The translations under genes and the position numbers were made by a program. A stretch of 64,000 bases of DNA, from positions 32,210-96,209 of the forward strand of contig JAEUKK010000059.1 in assembly GCA_016792625.1 (NCBI GenBank). Reading direction: 5' to 3'. Positions 45,124 to 54,572 of the stretch are shown one piece after another; position 1 is the first letter of the stretch, and the number at the start of each line of letters is the position of its first letter. Under the pieces are notes generated by a model, which saw only the letters and a program-made list of their open reading frames with translations, was not told where the DNA came from and did not search any database. The DNA is from Deltaproteobacteria bacterium (GTDB lineage Bacteria; Myxococcota_A; UBA796; UBA2385).

Positions 45124-46252
45124 CCTCGTCGCCCAGCTCGCCGGGGCGGGCGGCCGGCACACGCTCGGGCAGCGGCGGGAGCGGGCCCCGCGCGCGCCGC
45201 GGGCCCCGGGCGTCGGCGCTGCGGGCCTCGTCGCGGGCATAGGCCCGGACGATGCTGGCCACCAGCGGGTGGCGGACCACGTCGACGTCGTTGAAGTGGA
45301 TCATCCGCACCTCATCGAGGCCCTCGAGCACCCGCATCGCGTGCACGAGGCCGCTGCGGGTGCCGTTGGGCAGGTCGATCTGGGTGACGTCGCCGGTCAC
45401 CACCACCCGACTGCCCGGCCCGATGCGGGTGAGGAACATCTTCATCTGCTCGGGCGTGGTGTTCTGCGCCTCGTCGAGGATGACGAAGGCCTCGCTGAGC
45501 GTGCGGCCGCGCATAAACGCCAAGGGCGCCACCTCGACCACGCCCTGCTTCATCAAGCGCTCGGCCTTCTCAAAGCCGAGAAGATCGTGCAGCGCGTCAT
45601 AAAGGGGCCGTAGATAGGGGTTAACCTTCTCGGTCAGGTCGCCAGGCAAGAAGCCGAGCTTCTCGCCGGCCTCGACCGCGGGGCGGCTGAGCACGAGGCG
45701 CTTGACCCGGCCCTCCATCAGGGCGTGCAGCGCCATCGCCATGGCCAAGAAGGTCTTGCCCGTGCCCGCCGGGCCGATGCCAAAAACCAGCTCTTTGCTG
45801 CGGATCGCGTGGAGGTACTCGCGCTGGCGGGCCGAGCGGGGGGAGAGGCGCTTGCGACCCACCCCGAGCTGCAGCGCCTCGCGGTACAGATCAGCGATGC
45901 GGAGGCCCTTGTCTTCGCGCATCAGACGGCAGGCTTGGTCGACATCACCCGAGCTGAGCGCGTTGCCCTCGGCGGCGACCTCGTAGAGCTCGCCGATCAC
46001 CCGCTGGGCGAGCAGCACCGCGGCCCGCTCGCCCTGCACGCTGATCTGGTCGCCGCGCTGGCCGACCTTCACGCCGAGCACGCGCGAGATGACACGCAGG
46101 TGCCCGCCTTGCTCGCCCACCAGCTCTTGCAGGGCCACCCCGCTGGGCAAGGTCAGCGTGCCCCGCAGGGGGGCCGCCGGATCGCCGGTCTCGGTGAGGT
46201 CGGAGCCGCCCTGCGGCGGCGTGGGCGCGGGGCCCGGCGCGTGCTCGTGCAT
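45104..46252 (-). CDS. phoH: PhoH-like ATPase (PhoH/YbeZ) with N-terminal KH-like region
   Basis: Walker A is [18 protein letters not shown]. PhoH blocks are [17 protein letters not shown] and [22 protein letters not shown]. It lies in the conserved phoH-HD-ybeY arrangement. Confidence 0.9.
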   Translation of the reverse strand: MHEHAPGPAPTPPQGGSDLTETGDPAAPLRGTLTLPSGVALQELVGEQGGHLRVISRVLGVKVGQRGDQISVQGERAAVLLAQRVIGELYEVAAEGNALSSGDVDQACRLMREDKGLRIADLYREALQLGVGRKRLSPRSARQREYLHAIRSKELVFGIGPAGTGKTFLAMAMALHALMEGRVKRLVLSRPAVEAGEKLGFLPGDLTEKVNPYLRPLYDALHDLLGFEKAERLMKQGVVEVAPLAFMRGRTLSEAFVILDEAQNTTPEQMKMFLTRIGPGSRVVVTGDVTQIDLPNGTRSGLVHAMRVLEGLDEVRMIHFNDVDVVRHPLVASIVRAYARDEARSADARGPRRARGPLPPLPERVPAARPGELGDEDEPTHG

Positions 46253-46340
46253 CCATCCCAGGGCATCCCCGGGGGTGCGATGTGCGCCCAGGGAGCGGGT
46301 CGGAGTGTAGCCTCCCCCCGCCCGCCGTGCCCCGGCCGGC

Positions 46341-47690
46341 TCAGTCGTCGCCGCCGCCGCGGTACTTCACGCGGAACAGCCGGTTCGCCGCCTCAGACAC
46401 CACGCTCGGCACGTTCCGGTTGCGGGTGAGCATCATCAGGTCCTTCTTTTGGAGCTGGCTCACCATGGTGACCGCCTCGGAGACCGGGGTCTTGGGGTTG
46501 TTCACCAAGGCGACCTTGACCGGGTACTTCCGCGTCCACTCCTTGTTGGCCACGATCTCGCGAATGACCTCGCTGTCGAGGTTCTTGTTGCCGGCGAAGT
46601 TGCTCACCTCTTGCTCGGTGAGGCGCCCCGACTTCACCACCGCCCCGGCCACCACCCGGTTGCGGTCGCGGATGAGGATGGCCCGCGCCTCTTTGTTCCC
46701 GAGGAAGGCGAGCTTGATCTTCTTGCCCACGCTCATCTCAGCGATGCGGCGCTCCATGCTCGCCACGAGCTTGCCGCGCTCCTCGGAGTCGACGTCGGTG
46801 TGGTCCTGGGTCAGGTCCCACGAGAAGGACGCGGCCTCATCCGCGAAGTCGAACTTGAACTCGGCCAGCGCCTTGTCGGGGCCAGCCCCGGTCAAGCGGC
46901 CGAGATCAAACATGTCGAGGCCCTGCTCTTGGGCGGCGACCAGCACGGGGCTGCGCTCGCCGCGCAGCGCGGCCTCGATCTCGGCCATGAGATCAATGCG
47001 GGGCCCGCCCGCCGCCGCTTGGGGAGGGGCCGGCGCCAGCGGATCGACCGCCGGGGCCGCCGCCTGCGCCCCCACCGGAGCAGCGACCGGCGCGCCGCTC
47101 TCGATGAGGTCGTCGTCGTCGAGCGCGGCGAGGAAGGGGCGGCGGGCGGGCACCGCCGGCAGGGCCTGTTGCATGCGCAAAAAGGCCTCTGCTGCGTTGA
47201 GGTGCACCTCGGCGCAGGCGGGGTTGGCGTGCAGCGCGATGTAGACCTCGGGCGTCATCAGCAGGCGCTCGTGGTTGCGGCAGAGCTGCTCGCAGAGCTC
47301 CTTGTCGGCCCGACCGGCGATCAAGGCCGCGGTGCGGTCGTTGGCCGTCCGCAGCATGCCGATGCGCTCATCGAGCACCTTGTCGGCGGGCCGCATCGCC
47401 GCGAGGTACTCGAGCACCTTGGGGTGCGTCTTGACCGAGATGACGCCCAGCAGGTGCTTCACCGGCAGCTCGTTGAGCGCGCGGGTGGCCGCCGCGGCGA
47501 CGCCAGGGTCGGGGTCCATGGCGAGCAGGTAGAGGCAGCCGAGCTGGGCTTCGGGGGCGAGCGGCATCAGGCCGCGGGCCAGGGCCATGCGCCCCGCGAG
47601 CGGAGCGGTGGGCGCGACCTTGCTCTCAAGGGCCTCGGGCACGCCGAGGCGGGCAAAGGGGATGGGCTCGGCGCTCGGGGGGATGGTCAT
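46341..47690 (-). CDS. Conserved-looking hypothetical protein with alpha-helical repeat architecture
   Basis: 449 aa, soluble. The C-terminal ~150 aa are unusually Lys/Asn-rich for this genome (KIKLAFLGNKEARAILIRDRNRVV...VALVNNPKTPVSEAVTMVSQLQKKDLMMLTRNRNVP). No motif I can name. Confidence 0.7.
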   Translation of the reverse strand: MTIPPSAEPIPFARLGVPEALESKVAPTAPLAGRMALARGLMPLAPEAQLGCLYLLAMDPDPGVAAAATRALNELPVKHLLGVISVKTHPKVLEYLAAMRPADKVLDERIGMLRTANDRTAALIAGRADKELCEQLCRNHERLLMTPEVYIALHANPACAEVHLNAAEAFLRMQQALPAVPARRPFLAALDDDDLIESGAPVAAPVGAQAAAPAVDPLAPAPPQAAAGGPRIDLMAEIEAALRGERSPVLVAAQEQGLDMFDLGRLTGAGPDKALAEFKFDFADEAASFSWDLTQDHTDVDSEERGKLVASMERRIAEMSVGKKIKLAFLGNKEARAILIRDRNRVVAGAVVKSGRLTEQEVSNFAGNKNLDSEVIREIVANKEWTRKYPVKVALVNNPKTPVSEAVTMVSQLQKKDLMMLTRNRNVPSVVSEAANRLFRVKYRGGGDD

Positions 47691-47759
47691 GGGCCTCCTC
47701 GGCCGGGAGCGGGGGTGGCGATCATCCGAGCGCGCGGGCGGCCGGTCAAGGGGAGGGCC

Positions 47760-48551
47760 TCAGCGGCGGCCGCGGTTGAGATCCCACAGGTAGCGCAGAC
47801 CGACGAGGGTGAGGTCATTGTCGACCTCTTCGACCTCGGAGCAGGCGCTGCCGACGAGGTTCGCCAGGCCCCCGGTGGCGATGCAGCGGATGCGGCTCAG
47901 ATCGCTGAGCCCGCACTGCTCGGCCAGCTCGGCCTTGCAGCGGCGCGCGAGGCCGTCGACGAGCCCGACGTAGCCCCAAAAGAGCCCGCTCTGCATCGAA
48001 GCGGTGGTGTTCGTGCCGATGGCCCGGGCCGGCTTCTCGACCTCGACCCGGGGGAGCTTGGCCGTGCGGGTGAACAGCGCGTCGGCCGAGATGCGAAAGC
48101 CTGGAGAGATGGCGCCGCCCACGTAATCACCGTGCTGGTCGACGCAGTCAAAGGTGGTCGCCGTGCCGAAGTCGACCACGACCAAGGGGCACTGGAAGCG
48201 CCGCCAAGCCGCCACCGCGTTGACGATGCGGTCTGCGCCCACCTCGCGGGGGTTGTCGGTGCGCACGCGCATGCCCGTCTTGCCGCGACCGACCACGAGG
48301 CAGTCCTGGTCGAGGTAGCGCCGCACCGCCTTCTCGATGGCGTAGAGCACGCTCGGCACCACGCAGCTCACCGCCACGCCGTGGATCTGCTCTTTGGTGA
48401 TGCCCCGGTGGCCGAGCAGCTGCAGCAGCAGCAGGCCAAACTCGTCGGTGGTGCGTGCGGTCGTGGTCACACGCCAGTGGTCCACCACCCGGTCACCCTC
48501 CATCGCGCCCAGCACGATGTTGGTGTTCCCGACGTCAATCACGAGCAGCAT
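47760..48551 (-). CDS. coaX: Type III pantothenate kinase
   Basis: The track ORF extends to 48779. The ATG at 48549-48551 gives MLLVIDVGNTNIVLG. Further blocks are GADRIVNAVAA, VVDFGTATTFD and ATGGLA. Confidence 0.9.
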   Translation of the reverse strand: MLLVIDVGNTNIVLGAMEGDRVVDHWRVTTTARTTDEFGLLLLQLLGHRGITKEQIHGVAVSCVVPSVLYAIEKAVRRYLDQDCLVVGRGKTGMRVRTDNPREVGADRIVNAVAAWRRFQCPLVVVDFGTATTFDCVDQHGDYVGGAISPGFRISADALFTRTAKLPRVEVEKPARAIGTNTTASMQSGLFWGYVGLVDGLARRCKAELAEQCGLSDLSRIRCIATGGLANLVGSACSEVEEVDNDLTLVGLRYLWDLNRGRR

Positions 48552-48591
48552 CCCGAGCCCCCTCCCCTGTGTGTGCGCGGCGCGGCGCCCC

Positions 48592-49524
48592 CTATTCCGT
48601 CCCGCGGCCCGCCTCACCCGCGACGAGCTCGACGTCGCCGGCCAGGATGGGCACGCCGTCGACGAGCAGCGCGCCATCTTCGCGCAGCCCGGTGGCCAGC
48701 CCCTCGCGCCCCGCCACGCGCACCCGCCGGCCGAGCGTGTGGGCGCGGGCCCGCCAGCGGTCGAGGCCCGCGGGGTCAAGGGGGTCGACCCGATCCACCG
48801 CCCGCACCAGGGCGCCGAGCAGCGCGGCCCGATCCACCGGCGCCCGGCCCAGCCCGCGCAGGCTGCCCGCCTGGGTCAAGGCCGGGTCGGTGGGCGGCTC
48901 AATGTTGATCCCCACGCCGAGGATGACGCTGGGCACACGATCTGCGCCCAGGCCGTCGAGCTCGGCCAACATGCCGCCCACCTTGCGCCCCTCGACGTCG
49001 ACGAGATCGTTGGGCCACTTGAGCAGCAGGCCCAGGACCTCGGCCATCGCCGCCGCCCAGAGCAGCACGCAGCGGGGCGCCTCGACCGGGGGCACCGGAG
49101 GGCGCAGCACGAGGCTGAACAGGAGGCCGGCGCCCGGCGCCGCGGACCAGCTGCGCCCGAGCCGGCCCCGGCCCGCGGTCTGGTGGTCGGCGACGACCAG
49201 CGGGAGGGGGGCCCCGGCGGGCAAGACAGCGGCCAAGGCCCGCGCCCGGGTGTTGGTGGAGCTGGTCTCGGCGTGGTGCTCGACCGGCCGCCCAGACCGG
49301 AGCGCGAGGGTCAACGCGCCCCAGGCGGCGTCGAGGCGCAGCCGCACTCCACCGCTCTGATCGTCGAGCACGCCACCTTCGTCGAGCAGCGGGCGCAGCG
49401 TGGCGCACAGCGCCGCCCGCGCCTCGGGGGTGGAGACCGGCACGGGACCAGCGAGCAGGGCCTGAACCTGGGCGGTCAGCGCGGGGCTCGGCCGCACGGG
49501 GCTGGCCAGGGCGGGGGAGGACAT
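48592..49524 (-). CDS. birA: Biotin--[acetyl-CoA-carboxylase] ligase
   Basis: Motifs are TAGRGRLGRSW (GRGRxGRxW) and LKWPNDLV...GRKVGGMLAE. The ATG at 49522-49524 lies 5 nt after GGAG and is preferred over the track start 49590. An ~90-aa N-terminal region could be a degenerate repressor domain. Confidence 0.85.
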   Translation of the reverse strand: MSSPALASPVRPSPALTAQVQALLAGPVPVSTPEARAALCATLRPLLDEGGVLDDQSGGVRLRLDAAWGALTLALRSGRPVEHHAETSSTNTRARALAAVLPAGAPLPLVVADHQTAGRGRLGRSWSAAPGAGLLFSLVLRPPVPPVEAPRCVLLWAAAMAEVLGLLLKWPNDLVDVEGRKVGGMLAELDGLGADRVPSVILGVGINIEPPTDPALTQAGSLRGLGRAPVDRAALLGALVRAVDRVDPLDPAGLDRWRARAHTLGRRVRVAGREGLATGLREDGALLVDGVPILAGDVELVAGEAGRGTE

Positions 49525-49667
49525 GGGGGCTCCGGCGGGCTCTGCCGCAGCGGTGGGCGCGGGATAACCCTGCTCCTCCGCCCCCGACACCGCCCGATGA
49601 GGAGGCGCCCCTGGACGCCGCTCTCCCGCCAGACGACGGCGCCCCCGCCCGGCCCGCGCGCCTCGCC

Positions 49668-50147
49668 TTGCCCACCGGCCCCCGCCAGCTCGACCCGCGG
49701 GTCATGACCGTCTGGCGCCTCGGCCGGCTCGTCTCGCTGCTGGGCTTCTTCATCCCCGTCGTCGGCACGGCGGCGTGGTTCGGCCGCGAGCTCATCGGCC
49801 CGGTCTTGACCGGGGTCCTCGCCGGGGCGGTGCTGCTGTGGCAGCTGCTGCTCCTCCTCCTGTGGCCCCGCCTCGCGTGGGCAAACTTCCGCTACGAGGT
49901 GCGGGAGCATGATCTGCTCGTGCAGTCGGGGGTGCTGTTCCGCCGCTGGTCGAGCGTACCCCTGACCCGCATCCAGTACGTCGACACCGAGCAGGGCCCG
50001 CTAGAGCGCATCCTCGGCCTCGCCCACCTCAAGGTCTACACCGCCGCGGGCATGAGCGCCGATGGCAGCCTGCCCGGGCTCGACCTCGCCGAGGCCCAGC
50101 GCCTGCGCGACGCGCTCTCCCTGCGGGGCAGCGATGACGGGGTCTGA
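49668..50147 (+). CDS. YdbS-like membrane protein with bacterial PH (bPH_2) domain
   Basis: Two TM helices are followed by FRYEVREHDLLVQSGVLFRRWSSVPLTRIQYVDTEQGPLERILGLAHLKVYTAG. The start is TTG at 49668 or ATG at 49704. Confidence 0.75.
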   Translation: MPTGPRQLDPRVMTVWRLGRLVSLLGFFIPVVGTAAWFGRELIGPVLTGVLAGAVLLWQLLLLLLWPRLAWANFRYEVREHDLLVQSGVLFRRWSSVPLTRIQYVDTEQGPLERILGLAHLKVYTAAGMSADGSLPGLDLAEAQRLRDALSLRGSDDGV

Positions 50148-51588
50148 GGGGCCCGAGGTGCCCTGGCGGGGCCTCCACCCGCTGAGCCTCGCGGTGAACC
50201 TGCTGCCGCAGGCCTGGCGCACAGTCCGCGGCGCGTGGCCGCTGCTGCTCGCGCTGGTGGTCGGCGGCGATGGCCTCGGGCTCCGCGCCCTCGACTTGAC
50301 CCTGCTGGTCACCTTTTTCGTCCTGACGGTCGGCCGCACGCTCATCCACTTTTTGACCCTGCGCTACCGGGTCGCCGACGGGCGCTTTCAGGTCAAGGTC
50401 GGCCTGCTGAGCCGCTCCGCCCGCGTGCTCGACCCCGGGCGCATCCAGAACGTCGAGATCGTCCAGAACCTGTTTCACAAGCTCACCGGCCTCGTCGAGG
50501 TGCGGGTCGAGACCACCGGCGACGGCAGCAGCCACGGCCTGCTCAGCGCTCTTCACGAGGCCGAGGCGACCCGCCTGCGCGCCGAGCTGCGCGCCCTGGT
50601 GCGGGCGCAGGCCATGGAGTCCACCCCCGCGCCCATCGACGAGGCCCCGCCCGCGCTGGCCCTGACCCCGCTCGAGCTGGCCGCCTACGGCTTCACGCGG
50701 CGCACGGTCGGGGTGGTCGCCGTGCTCACCGCGGTGGGCCTCGAGCTCTTCGGCCGCTTTGGCCCCGAGGTGGCCGAGAAGGCGGGCCGGGCGATGACCC
50801 CCGACGTGCTGCTGCCGCTCATCGTGCTCGCCTTCGCCGGCAGCTGGCTGTGGAGCGCCGGCGCCGCCACGCTGCGCCACTGGGGGCACGCCCTGCGCTT
50901 CAGCGAAGACGAGCTCATCACCGAGGAGGGGCTGTTCACCCGCCGCCGGGTGGAGATCCCCCGCGGCAAGGTGCAGCTGCTGCGCATCGATGAGACCCTG
51001 CTGCGGCGGCTGATGGGCTACGGCAGCCTGCTCATCGAGACCGCGGCGATCGGCGTCGCTGACGGCCGGATGCGCGCGGCCGAGGGCCTCGTGCCCATGG
51101 TGCCCCAAGACCGTCTCGCCGCGCTCTGCCGGGAAGCGCTGCCGGCGCTGGCGGTGGACCCGTGGTCGGTCCAGCTCCAGCCGGCCCACCCGCGGGCCCT
51201 CTGGCGGGCCATCTTCAGCCGCACGCTGCGGGCCGCGGGCCTCTGCGCGGTGCTGGTCCTCGCCTCGCCGCGCTGGGGCTGGGCCGCCCTCCCCCTGGTC
51301 ATCCTCGCGCCGCCGATGGCCTGGCTCGACTGGCGCCGCCAAGGCTGGCTGGTCTCGCCGGGCACGGTGATCACGCGGACCGGCTTCTGGCTGCGCCAGA
51401 CCTGGGTGATCTCCCGCGACAAAGTGCAGAGCGTGCACCTTGTCCAAGGCCCGATCATGCGCCAACATGGCCTCGGGCGCATCGAGGTGCGCGTGGCCGG
51501 CGGGGTCGTCGGCCTGCCTGATATGGGCATCCACGAAGCGCGCGTCCTGCTCGACCAGCTCCGCCCGGAGGCCCGATGCGCCCCTTGA
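50134..51588 (+). CDS. YdbT-like membrane protein with three bPH_2 domains
   Basis: The ATG at 50134 overlaps the upstream gene by 14 nt. Three repeats of the pattern 'Y.v.dg.l....G.l.r....l...rIQ.v...Q....r..G' are separated by TM hairpins. Confidence 0.75.
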   Translation: MTGSEGPEVPWRGLHPLSLAVNLLPQAWRTVRGAWPLLLALVVGGDGLGLRALDLTLLVTFFVLTVGRTLIHFLTLRYRVADGRFQVKVGLLSRSARVLDPGRIQNVEIVQNLFHKLTGLVEVRVETTGDGSSHGLLSALHEAEATRLRAELRALVRAQAMESTPAPIDEAPPALALTPLELAAYGFTRRTVGVVAVLTAVGLELFGRFGPEVAEKAGRAMTPDVLLPLIVLAFAGSWLWSAGAATLRHWGHALRFSEDELITEEGLFTRRRVEIPRGKVQLLRIDETLLRRLMGYGSLLIETAAIGVADGRMRAAEGLVPMVPQDRLAALCREALPALAVDPWSVQLQPAHPRALWRAIFSRTLRAAGLCAVLVLASPRWGWAALPLVILAPPMAWLDWRRQGWLVSPGTVITRTGFWLRQTWVISRDKVQSVHLVQGPIMRQHGLGRIEVRVAGGVVGLPDMGIHEARVLLDQLRPEARCAP

Positions 51589-52106
51589 CCCGCCGACCTG
51601 CGCCCTCCGCAGCCCTCGCCGCCCTGTCCACCGTGGCCGCCCTGGCCGCCCTCAGCGCGCCCCCGCTGGCGCGCGCCGGGGGCGTGCCGGCTGTGTATGG
51701 CGTGCTGCAGGTCGATCCGCCGGGGGCGACCTTTGAGGGCACATCACCGACCATCGCCCTCTGGGCCGCCGACCGCCCGGCGGTCTTCGCGGTCGAGTGC
51801 ACCGTGGGCGGCGAGAAGTTCAGCGCGCAGTCGGGCACCATCGAGGCCGGCGAGCGCTGGGTGGTGCAGCTGCCCGCCAAGCCGCCGGTCACCACCGCCG
51901 CCTGCGGGCTCTTCGCGTCCTTCGCCAACGGCATGTCTGAGCGCAAAGCCCAAGAGCTGAGCTGGACCTGGAAGCCGATCCCCCCGCCCGAGGCCGCCGA
52001 GCCCGCGCCGGCCGCCCCGCCCGCTCCGAAGCCGCGCCCCGCGCCTGCCCCGAAGCCGGCGCCCGCCGCCCCGCCCGCGCCGCCGCCCGCGCCCCGCGGA
52101 GCTTGA
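51576..52106 (+). CDS. Secreted hypothetical protein with Pro/Ala/Lys-rich C-terminal tail
   Basis: The ATG at 51576 lies 5 nt after GGAG and overlaps the ydbT-like gene by 13 nt. Signal peptide is ALAALSTVAALAALSAPPLARA. The tail is APAAPPAPKPRPAPAPKPAPAAPPAPPPAP. Confidence 0.6.
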   Translation: MRPLTRRPAPSAALAALSTVAALAALSAPPLARAGGVPAVYGVLQVDPPGATFEGTSPTIALWAADRPAVFAVECTVGGEKFSAQSGTIEAGERWVVQLPAKPPVTTAACGLFASFANGMSERKAQELSWTWKPIPPPEAAEPAPAAPPAPKPRPAPAPKPAPAAPPAPPPAPRGA

Positions 52107-53176
52107 GCGGGGTGCTCCGCCTCGTGCTCTCGGCCAACGAGCCGAGCGGAGACCTCCTCGCCGCCGAGCTGCTCGCCGCGCTGCGCGCCGGCGGCCCGGT
52201 GGAGGCGGTGGGGCTCTGCGGCCCGGCCATGCGCGCGGCCGGCGTGCGCCCCCTCGCCCACCTCGAGGACACCGTGGCGATGGGCGTCGCCGAGGTGCTG
52301 GCCCGCCTGCCCGCCCTGCGCCGGGCCCGCGCGGCGCTGCGCACGGCGGTCGAGGGCCCGGTGGACGCCTTCATCGGGGTGGACGCCCCCGACCTGCACC
52401 TGCCGATCGCCGCCGCGGCCCGCCGGGCCGGCCGCCTCGCCGCCCAGGTGGTGGCGCCGCAGGTCTGGGCCTGGCGCCCTGGGCGCGCGCCGCAGATCGC
52501 GGCCCAGGTTGACCTGCTGCTCTGCCTCTTCGACTTTGAGCCGGCGCTGTTCAACGGCCACGGGCCCACCGACCCGGGCGCCGGGCCGGCCCGCTGGATC
52601 GGCCACCCCGCGGTGGACCGCCTCGCCGGCGCGCAGCGACAGCGGGACCCGGCGCTGCTCGCCCTCTGCCCGGGCTCGCGCCCCCAAGAGCTCCGCCGCC
52701 ACCTGCGCCCTTTTTTAGAGGCGGGGGCCCGCTGGGCCAGCGCCCAGCCCGGCCGCCGCCTGCAGCTCTTGTTGCCCGCGGGCGCGCAGGTCGGCCCGGT
52801 CCCCCCCGAGGTGGAGCGGGTCAGCGCGGTGCAGGGCCTCGCCAGCGCGGGGCGGGCCTTAACCAAAAGCGGCACCATCACGCTGGAGTTGGGCCTGCTC
52901 GGCGTACCGATGCTCGTGGCCCACCGCGTCCACCCCCTGACCTGGGCGCTCGGCCGCCTGCTCGTGCGCGGCGTGCGGCACATCGCCCTGCCCAACATCC
53001 TCGCCGGCGCGGAGCGGGTGCCCGAGCACATCCAGCGGTGGAGCCCGGCGGGCCTCGCGACCGCCCTCGACCAGCTGCCCGCCGCGCAGCCGCTAGAGCT
53101 CCGCGCGCTCGGCGGGCCGGGAGCGGCCGCCCGCGCCGCCGCCGCGCTGCGCGCCGCGCTCGCCGACCGCGGATAA
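52103..53176 (+). CDS. lpxB: Lipid-A-disaccharide synthase
   Basis: The TTG start overlaps the upstream stop (TTGA); a GTG at 52112 is an alternative. The N-terminal block is LVLSANEPSGDLLAAELLAAL. The GT-B pattern includes PGSRPQE and KSGTITLELGLLGVPMLV. Confidence 0.85.
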   Translation: MSGVLRLVLSANEPSGDLLAAELLAALRAGGPVEAVGLCGPAMRAAGVRPLAHLEDTVAMGVAEVLARLPALRRARAALRTAVEGPVDAFIGVDAPDLHLPIAAAARRAGRLAAQVVAPQVWAWRPGRAPQIAAQVDLLLCLFDFEPALFNGHGPTDPGAGPARWIGHPAVDRLAGAQRQRDPALLALCPGSRPQELRRHLRPFLEAGARWASAQPGRRLQLLLPAGAQVGPVPPEVERVSAVQGLASAGRALTKSGTITLELGLLGVPMLVAHRVHPLTWALGRLLVRGVRHIALPNILAGAERVPEHIQRWSPAGLATALDQLPAAQPLELRALGGPGAAARAAAALRAALADRG

Positions 53177-53186
53177 GGCCGCCACG

Positions 53187-54572
53187 ATGCCGACCCGCAC
53201 CGAACCGCAGCCGAGCGTGGCCCCCGCCGGCGCCGCCCGCCCCCGCGCCGAGGGCGCCGGCGGGCTGGCCCTCCTGCTCGCCTGGACGGCCATCCGCCTG
53301 CTCGCCGCCGACGGGGTGGAGCTCCGCGGCGACGAGGCATGGGCCTGGCTGCTCCGCCAGCACCCGGCCCCGGGCTACGTCGACGGGCCCCCCGCGGTGC
53401 AGGCGCTGTTGGCCGTGGGCGAGGCCATCGGCGGGCGCAGCGAGCTGGCTCTGCGTGCGCCCTTCGTGCTGCTCGGCGCGCTCAGCGCGGCCCTCGCCGC
53501 CATCCCGACCCGCGACCGTGAGCTCGGCCTGCTCACCCTGGCGACCCTGCCGACCTTGTGCTTTGGCGGCCTGTGGGTGGGCCCCGACGCGCCCCTGTTG
53601 GCCGCGTGGACGCTCGGCCTGGTCGCGGCGACCCGCGGCGCCTGGCTGCTGGTCGGGGTCGCGGTCGGCCTCGCCGGCCAGGCCTCGACCGTGGGCCTCG
53701 CCCTGCTGCCGCTGCTGGTCGCGGCCCGGCCCCAAGCCCTGCGCGAGCGGGGCCTCTGGCTCGGGATCGGCGCCCTGGTCGTCATTTTGTCCCCCTACGC
53801 CATTTGGAACGTGCAGCACGAGCTGCTCGGCTGGCGCACCGAGCTGGGCCGCCTGCTCGCGCCCCCCGAGGGCCGCTGGCGCCTCGGCGTCTCGCTGCTG
53901 CTGCTCGGCCCCGCGGCGCCCCTGCTCGTGCTCTGGGTGCTCATCGGCTGGCGGGGTGATCCGGTGGATCGGCTGTGCTGGTGGTCCTCGGCGCCCGTGC
54001 TGTTGCTCGGCGCGCTCTGGGGCGGCGAGGCGGGCTTTGGCGCGGTCGCCTGGGTCGGCCCCTCGATCGGGCTCGCCCGGTGGGGCGGGCGATGGGCCCG
54101 GGCGGGCTGGGCGGCGGGCGGGGTGGCCGCGGTGCTCTGCCTCATCGGGCTGCTGCACCTGCGCTGGCCCCTCGCCGCGCTACCCCAAGACCCACGCGAC
54201 GCCTTCGCCGGCGGGCGGGCGCTGGGCGAGAGCGTCCGCGCCTGGGACATCCCCGTCGCCTACACCGACGGCGTCAGCGAGGCCGGCCTAGTGGCCTTCT
54301 ACGGCGGCGTCGATGCGGCGCCTCTGCCCGGGATGGAGGCGCCGGCCCAGGCCCAGCTCTGGCCCACCCAGCTGGTCGATCACGCGCTCTATGTGCGCCC
54401 CTGGGGCGGGAGCGCGCCCCTGCCCGGCGACGCCCTCGGCTACACGCACGGCCCGCCCGGGGTGGTCAGCGCCTGGGTCAACCAGACCGACGGCGAGGGC
54501 GCCCGGCAGGTGCGCCGCTGGCAGGTCTACGAGCTGACCCGCAGCGCCGCCGCGCCCGACGAGGCGCCATGA
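53187..54572 (+). CDS. GT-C glycosyltransferase, family 39/83 (ArnT/PMT-like)
   Basis: The product is polytopic. The first-loop motif is GDEAWAWLLRQHPAPGYVDGPP (compare DExxYW...DHPP of ArnT/PMT_2). It has ~9-10 TM helices and then a soluble C-terminal domain. Confidence 0.65.
   Translation: MPTRTEPQPSVAPAGAARPRAEGAGGLALLLAWTAIRLLAADGVELRGDEAWAWLLRQHPAPGYVDGPPAVQALLAVGEAIGGRSELALRAPFVLLGALSAALAAIPTRDRELGLLTLATLPTLCFGGLWVGPDAPLLAAWTLGLVAATRGAWLLVGVAVGLAGQASTVGLALLPLLVAARPQALRERGLWLGIGALVVILSPYAIWNVQHELLGWRTELGRLLAPPEGRWRLGVSLLLLGPAAPLLVLWVLIGWRGDPVDRLCWWSSAPVLLLGALWGGEAGFGAVAWVGPSIGLARWGGRWARAGWAAGGVAAVLCLIGLLHLRWPLAALPQDPRDAFAGGRALGESVRAWDIPVAYTDGVSEAGLVAFYGGVDAAPLPGMEAPAQAQLWPTQLVDHALYVRPWGGSAPLPGDALGYTHGPPGVVSAWVNQTDGEGARQVRRWQVYELTRSAAAPDEAP

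Noticed and set aside
42649-45294. 881-aa plus-strand ORF
   Set aside because: It is antisense to the 7TM-HD phosphohydrolase and phoH. Its sequence is low-information and Arg/Gly/Ala-rich, whereas the opposite strand carries HD and Walker motifs.
46449-48908. 819-aa plus-strand ORF
   Set aside because: It is antisense to the helical-repeat gene, coaX and birA, all of which have clear motifs on the minus strand.
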